Positions 53,419 through 64,000 of a stretch of 64,000 bases of DNA are shown piece by piece. Source of the stretch: the human T2T-CHM13v2.0 reference genome, Homo sapiens; NCBI RefSeq assembly GCF_009914755.1, contig NC_060933.1. One strand, 5' to 3'. The position numbers were made by a program, and so were the translations under genes. Under the pieces are notes generated by a model. That model had not been told where the DNA came from. It saw only the letters and a list, made by a program, of their open reading frames with translations, and did no database searches. The number at the start of each line of letters is the position of its first letter. The first letter of the stretch is position 1.

Positions 53419-54271
53419 CAGCAGATCCTTGAATAATATTTTGTCGAACATTGTTTTACTATAATGTTGACGAGAAAAAAAAAATCAATTCCCTGCTGAG
53501 GCCACTGTCTGTGTGATGTTTGCACATTTTCCCCATGCCTGGATTGATTTTCTCTGAGTATTCCAGATTACTCCCACATCCCCAAAGATGTACACGCTAG
53601 GTTAATTGTTACATCTACATGGTCCCAGTGTGAGTGAGCTTGGGTGTATGAGTGTGGCTCAGGATGGGACGGCATCCTGTCTGGAGTTGGCTCCCGCCTT
53701 GCACTCTGAGCTGCTGGGATAGGTTCCAGCCACCTGCAACCCTGAACTGGAATAAGCAGGTTGGAAAGTGGATGAATGAGTGAATACAAATTATTGTTAA
53801 AAGAATTTCTGTAAAGTATATGATAATCCTACAATGCATGACATCAAAGAAAACAGTCTGAAAGCTCTCAGCAAGCCCTCTGTATTTGTGATTGTTTTTG
53901 AACTGCATGGTCGTAGGAGATGCTCCTGATAATTTTTGCTTTGCAAACATTTATTCTTTGATTCAATCCACCACCACTATGAACACTGTCACTTACTGAT
54001 TCACCAAAAGTTGTGTAAATAATGATCTTACTTGTTTTTATTAATCTTTCTCAAATGTATGTATAGCTCACTTCTATTTCAATGTTTAATATTAGAAGTA
54101 TTTGAAGTCTTTATTTAGATATTTCATGATGTTTTAATGACAGAAATATGCCATAGGAACTTAACTCTTATATACATCAATTAGCCTATGGTAAAATTGG
54201 TTTCATTATATGTCATTTCACTTAAAGTTGTTATTTCCAAGAACCTATTGATGTTAAGTGAGGACTTTCTG
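53419..54271 (+). mobile_element. MER6 (TcMar-Tigger) element
   Basis: About 850 bp, termini CAGCAGATCCT ... AGGACTTTCTG, internal TCCCACATCCCCAAAGATG segment. Confidence 0.78.
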
Positions 54272-54380
54272 CAATACCTTTTTTAAATTGTTAAGTGATA
54301 TCATATTCTATAGATATATCAGTTTATCTGTTTACCAGGTGATGGACATTTTGTTTCCAGTTTGGGATTTCTATGAATAA

Positions 54381-54713
<333 letters not shown>

Positions 54714-55827
54714 TAAAGTTTCCTTTCTCCTGAGAAAATACCTAGAAGTGGAATTTCTGGGTCAAATGAGAAGTGAATGTTTAGCTTTGTAAGAAACTGC
54801 CAGAGGTTCCAAGATGGCCAAATAGGAACAGCTCCAGTCTACAGCTCCTAGTATGAGCGATGCAGAAGATGGGTGATTTCTGCATTTCCAACTGAGGTAC
54901 TGGGTTCATCTCACTGCGGCTTTTTGGACAGTGGGTGCAGGACAGTGAGTGCAGCCCACGGAGTGTGAGCTGAAGCAGGGTGAGGCGTTGCCTCACCAAG
55001 GAAGCACAAGGGGTCAGGGAATTCCCTTTCCTAGCCAAGGGAAGCTGTGACAGACGGCACCTGGAAAAATTGGGACACTCCCACCCTAATACTTTGCTTT
55101 TCTAACGGTCTTAGAAAATGGCACACCAGGAGATTATATCCCGCACATGGCTTGGAGGGTCCCACGCCCACAGAGCCTCGCTTACTGCTAGCACAACAGT
55201 ATGAGATCAAACTGCAAGGCAGCAATGAGGCTTGGGGAGGGGCACCTGCCATTGCTGAGGCTTGAGTAGGTAAACAAAGCGGCCGGGAAGCTCTAACTGG
55301 GTGCAGCCCACTGAAGCTCAAGGAGGCCTGCCTGCCTCTGTAGACTCCACCTCTGGGGGCAGGGCATAGCTGAACAAAAAGCAGCAGAAACTTCTGCAGA
55401 CTTAAAAGTCCCTGTCTGACAGCTTTGAAGAGAGTAGTGGTTCTCCCAGCATGGAGTTTGAGATCTGAGAATGGACAGACTGCCTCCTCAAGTGGGTCCC
55501 TGACCCCCGAGTAGTCTAACTGGGAGGAACCTCCCAGTAGGGGTTGACCAACACCTCATACAGTCGGGTGCCCCTCTGAGATGAAGCTTCTAGAGGAACG
55601 ATCAGACAGCAACATTTGCTGTTCTGCAGTATTTGCTGTTCTGCAGCCTCTGCTGGTGATACCCAGGCAAACAGGGTCTGGAGTGAGCCTCCAGCAAACT
55701 CCAACAGACCTGCAGCTGAGGGTCCTGACTGTTAGAAGGAAAACTAACAAACAGAAAGGACATACACACAAAAACCCCATCTGTATGTCACCATCATCAA
55801 AGACCAAAGGTAGATAAAACCACAAAG

Positions 55828-56853
55828 ATGGGGAGAAACCAAAGCAGAAAAGCTGAAAATTCAAAAAATTAGAGCACCTCCTCTCCTCCAAAGGAACGCA
55901 GTTCCTTGCCAGCAATGGAGCAAAGCTGGATGGAGAATGACTTTGACAAGTTGAGAGAAGAAGGCTTCAGATGATCAGTAATAACAAACTTCTCTGAGCT
56001 AAAGGAGGATGTTCGAACCCATCGCAAATAAGTTAAAACCCTTGAAAAAAGATTAGACGAATGGCTAACTAGAATAAACAGTGTAGAGAAGTCCTTAAAT
56101 GACCTGATGGAGCTGAGAACCATGGCAGGAGAACTATGTGATGCATGCACAAGCTTCAGTAGCCAATTCCATCAACTGGAAGAAAGGGTATCAGTGAATG
56201 AAGATCAGATGAATGAAATGAAGCGAGAAGAGAAGTTTAGAGAAAAAAGAGTAAAAAGAAATGAACAAAGCCTCCAAGAAATATGGGACTATGTGAAAAG
56301 ACCAAATCTATGTCTCATTGGTGTACCTGAAAGTGACGGGGAGAATGGAACAAAGTTGGAAAACGCTCTGCAGGATATTATCCAGGAGAACTTCCCCAAT
56401 CTAGCAAGGCAGGCCAACATTCAAATTCAGGAAATACAGAGAACTCCACAAAGATACTTCTTGAGAAGAGCAACTCCAAGATACATAATTGTCAGATTCA
56501 CCAAAGTTTAAATGAAGGAAAAAATGTTAAGGGCAGCCAGAGAGAAAGGTTGGGTTACCCACAAAGGGAAGCCCATCAGACTAACAGCAGATCTCTTGGC
56601 AGAAACTCTACAAGCCAGAAGAGAGTGGGGGCCGATATTCAACATTCTTGAAGAAAAGAATTTTCAACCCAGAATTTCATATCCAGCCAAACTAAGCTTC
56701 ATAAGTGAAGGAGAAATAAAATCCTTTACAGACAAGCAAATGCTGAGAGATTTTGTCACCACCAGGCGTGCCTTACAAGGGCTCCTGAAGGAAGCACTAA
56801 ACATGAAAAGGAACAACCGGTACCAGCCACTGCAAAAACATGCCAAATTGTAA
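55828..56853 (+). pseudogene. Disrupted L1 ORF1
   Basis: ATG 55828 with in-frame TAG at 55870; track ORFs 56107..56511 and 56512..56853 are ORF1p-like (EIWDYVKRPNL, YQPLQKHAKL). Confidence 0.93.
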
Positions 56854-56916
56854 AGACCATCAATGCTAGGAAGAAACTGCATCAACTAACGAGCAAAATA
56901 ACCAGCTAACATCATA

Positions 56917-60741
<3,825 letters not shown>

Positions 60742-61294
60742 ACGAGAACACTTGGACGCAGGATGGGGAACATCATACACTGGGGCCTGTGGTGTGGTGA
60801 GGCGGGGGGAGGGATAGCATTAGGAGCTATACCTAATGTAAATGATGAGTTATTGGGTGCAGCACACCAACATGGCACATGTATACATATGTTACAAACC
60901 TGCACATGTACCCTAGAACTTAAAGTATAAAAAAAAAAAAAAGAAAAGAAACTGCCATACTGTTTTCCAAAGTAACTGTACCATTTTCCATCACCACTCA
61001 CAATTAGGGTTCCAGTTGCTTCACACCCTCACTAACACTTGGCATGGTCGGTCTTTTGAATTTTAGCTATTCTAGTGGGTGTGTAGTGGTATTGCATTGT
61101 AGTTTAAATTTACAGTTGACTGATGACTAATGATACTGTCCATCATGCTTGTGCTTACTCACTATTTGTATACATTCTTTGGTGAAATACCTGTTCAAAT
61201 ATTCTGTCCATTTTTAAATTGGGCTGTTTGTCTTCTTAGTATTTAGGTATAAGTGATCTTTATATATTCCAGATACAAATCCTTTGTCTGATAT

Positions 61295-61608
61295 AGCAGT
61301 CCCCCATTGTCTGATTCAAGTCTCTTGGTCTTGCTTTCTGCAGTTCCAGTTACTAGTGGTCAATTGCAGTCTGAAAATAGGTGAATATAGTACAATAAGA
61401 TATTTTGAGAGACAGAGACCACATTCACATAACTTTTATCACAGTATATTATTATAATTGTTCTATTTTATTAATAGTTATTGCCGTTAATTTATTACTG
61501 TGTCTAATTTATAAGTTAAACTATATCATAGGTATTTGTGTGTAGGAAAAACCATAGTGTATATAAGGTTCAGTACTACCCACCATTACAGACATCCACC
61601 GAAGGTCT
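61295..61608. mobile_element. Truncated MER44A/Tigger7-type element
   Basis: GTACAATAAGATATTTTGAGAG...CACATTCACATAACTTTT; second TIR missing. Confidence 0.72.
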
Positions 61609-61649
61609 AAGACATCAATTAGCCTATTTTACCATAGGCTATAAGAGCA

Positions 61650-61776
61650 CATTCTCATGGCTCCCCTTGCCCAATCCTGCCTCATCCCCTTTCCTTTCAT
61701 AAGTGTTACTCCTTAATAATTGCTTTTCTACTCCTCGATCTCGGCATCTGCTTCCCAGAGGACTCAACTGACACAC
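61650..61776 (+). mobile_element. 3' remnant of an old ERVL-type LTR
   Basis: Ends CATCTGCTTCCCAGAGGACTCAACTGACACA, similar to the LTR end at 45700-45765. Confidence 0.55.
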
Positions 61777-63401
61777 ATCTTTAAAGAAAAATAGGCAGAT
61801 TTATATAAAGGCAATTCACAAAAGGAATGGTGAAATAATTAGGAAAATGAAAAGTTACGGAATAGTAAGATAGACGTTTTTATCTATCATATTAGCAAAG
61901 TTTACAGAAGTTGAATAATATCTGTGTTGGCTAGCATGTATTGGGAATGTAAATTGTCAAGTATGTGGTCGTGTAAATTGACATACACATTTTGGAAAGC
62001 TGTTTTGCAAAATATTTTAAAATTACATGACTCAGAAATTTCACTTTTTAAATGTACTTTAAAGAACATTTGCCAATGTATGAAATGAGGCATGTTTAAT
62101 AATATGCATTGTAACATGATATATAATTGTTCAACCATTCTGGAAAGAAACAAATTGAAACTGACAACAGTATACGCCCCTGAGGTAGTTTTGTAGAACC
62201 AGCTGAAATTAGAGATCCCTTTATTCTTTGGCCAAGATTATACTGAATTTTTAAAAATTTTTTATTGTGGTACAATATACATAATATCTCTTTAACCATT
62301 TGTAAGTGTATAATTTAGTTGCATTAAAAGCATTCACATGTTGTTAACTATCATCACTATATATACTCAAAATTTTCTCGACCCCAACATAAACTCTGAA
62401 TCCATTAAACAAAAATTCCTCCTTCCCTCTTTCCCCTCGTCCTCTAGTAATCTCTATCTTACTTTTTGTCTCTATAAATGTGCCTATTCTATCTGATACA
62501 AGTGAATTCATACAATATTTGTCCTTCTGTATCTGGCTTATTTCACTATGCATAATGTTTTTGAAAGCCAACCATGTTGTAACATATATAAAAATTCCAT
62601 TTCTTTTAATGGTTGAATAATATTCCATTATATGTATATAGCACATTTTGTTTATTCATTCAACAGTTGATGGACACTTGGGTTGTTTTCACCTTTTGGC
62701 TATTGTGAATAACGCTACTGTGAAAAGTGGTGTACAAATATCTGTTTAAGTCCCTGCTTTCAATTCTTTTGGATATATACCTAAGAGTAGAATTGCTGGA
62801 TTTCTGTATTTATCATTTGAGGAACTGACTGATAAATTGTATGCCACAGCAGCTGCACTATTTTGCATCCCCACCAGCAATACAAAAGGATTCCAACTTC
62901 TCCACATACTTGTCAACATTTATTATTTTGTTTCTGAAAAAATTATAGCCATTCTAGCAGATGTGAAGTGGTATTTCACTGTCATTTGATTTGCAGTTCC
63001 CTAATGGCAAATGATATTAAACAGCTTTCCATGTGCTCATTGGCTATTTGTGTACTATTTTTGGAGAAGTGTCTATTCACATCCTTTGCCCATTTTTAAA
63101 AATTGGATTGTTTTCCTGTTGTAGGGGGTATTTTTATTTTTATTTATTTTTTAGACAAGGTCTCACTCTGTCACCCTGGCTGGAGTGCAGTGGCACGATC
63201 TCAGCTCACTGCAACCTCCACTTCTGGGCTTAAGCTATCCTCCCACCTCAGCCTCCCAAGTAGCTGGGACTACAGGCACATGCCACCATATCTGGGTAAT
63301 ATTTGTATTTTGTGTAGAGACGGGTTTTGCCATATTGCCCAGGCTGGTCTCAAACTCCTGGGCTCAAGCCATCTACCCGCCTGGGCCTCCCAAAATGCTG
63401 G

Positions 63402-63997
63402 TGAGCAGTGAACCCAGCTGGACTTCCTGGGTCGAGTGGGGACTTGGAGAACTTTTCTGTCTTACAAGAGGCTTGTAAAAATGTACCAATCAGCACTCTG
63501 TAGCTAGGACTGTAAAACTCACCAATCAGCACTCTGTAGCTAGCAAGGGGATTGTAAAACTCACCAATCAGCACTCTGTAGCTAGCAAGGGGATTGTAAA
63601 ATGCACCAATCAGCACTCTGTAAAATGCACCAATCAGTGCTCTGTAAAATGCACCAATCAGCGCTCTGTAAAATGCACCAATCAGCAGAATCCTAAAAGT
63701 AGCCAATCGCAGGGAGGATTGAAAAAAAGGCATTCTGATAGGACAGAAATGGAAAATGGGAGGGGACAAATAAGGGAATAAAAGCTAGCCACCCAGCCAG
63801 CAGTGACAATGGGCTGGGGTCCCCTTCCATGCTGTGGAAGCTTTGTTCTTTTGCTCTTCACAATAAATATTGCTGCTGCTCACTGTTTGGGTCCGTGCCA
63901 TCTTTAAGAGCTGTAACACTCACTGTGAAGGTCTGCAGCTGCATTCCTGAAGTCGGCCAGACCATGAACCCGCTGGAAGGAACCAACTCTGGACACA
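63402..63997 (+). mobile_element. LTR12-family (LTR12F-like) solo LTR inside an antisense Alu
   Basis: Same family as 42568-43071; 8 CCAAT boxes; left TSD CTGG, right CTG at the window edge; host Alu about 63131-63401. Confidence 0.88.
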
Positions 63998-64000
63998 CTG

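Noticed and set aside
62181-62200. TGAGGTAGTTTTGTA resembling let-7g
   Set aside because: Only 9 nt contiguous identity, no complementary arm nearby, far outside the inferred host transcript; compatible with chance
63480-63710. CACCAATCAGCACTCTGTA tandem units (also 42645-42750) resembling a CRISPR-like array
   Set aside because: Normal LTR12 CCAAT enhancer repeats with no unique spacers, in eukaryotic DNA

Overview
This is human (or great-ape) non-coding DNA containing the let-7a-1 / let-7f-1 / let-7d microRNA cluster (14005-16968, + strand). Hairpin sequences and spacing match the chr9q22 cluster as I recall it. A CpG-island promoter lies about 10 kb upstream (about 3880-5300) and tandem poly(A) signals lie just downstream (17514, 17585). 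There is no credible protein-coding gene: the ORF track is Alu, L1, LTR or GC-bias artefact. From about 17.8 kb onward the window is mostly nested transposons: a near full-length old L1PB (-), a full-length dead L1PA (+), MST/MaLR LTRs, Charlie1a, MER6, MER33/Tigger4a, MER44A, more than 30 Alus and Alu fragments, and three ERV1 solo LTRs that each sit inside an Alu. The most notable observations are: (1) two independent LTR12-family LTRs inserted at the identical Alu tetranucleotide in opposite relative orientation; (2) a 36-nt junction patchwork copied from a MER6 now 7.4 kb away; (3) a donor/acceptor pair only 49 nt apart just upstream of let-7a-1 that could switch the cluster between intronic and exonic; (4) a candidate LTR12/Alu-derived antisense first exon pointing at the cluster; (5) several fold-back hairpins. 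I do not see a wholly new gene system. Repeat names come from recalled consensus sequences and repeat boundaries are approximate.
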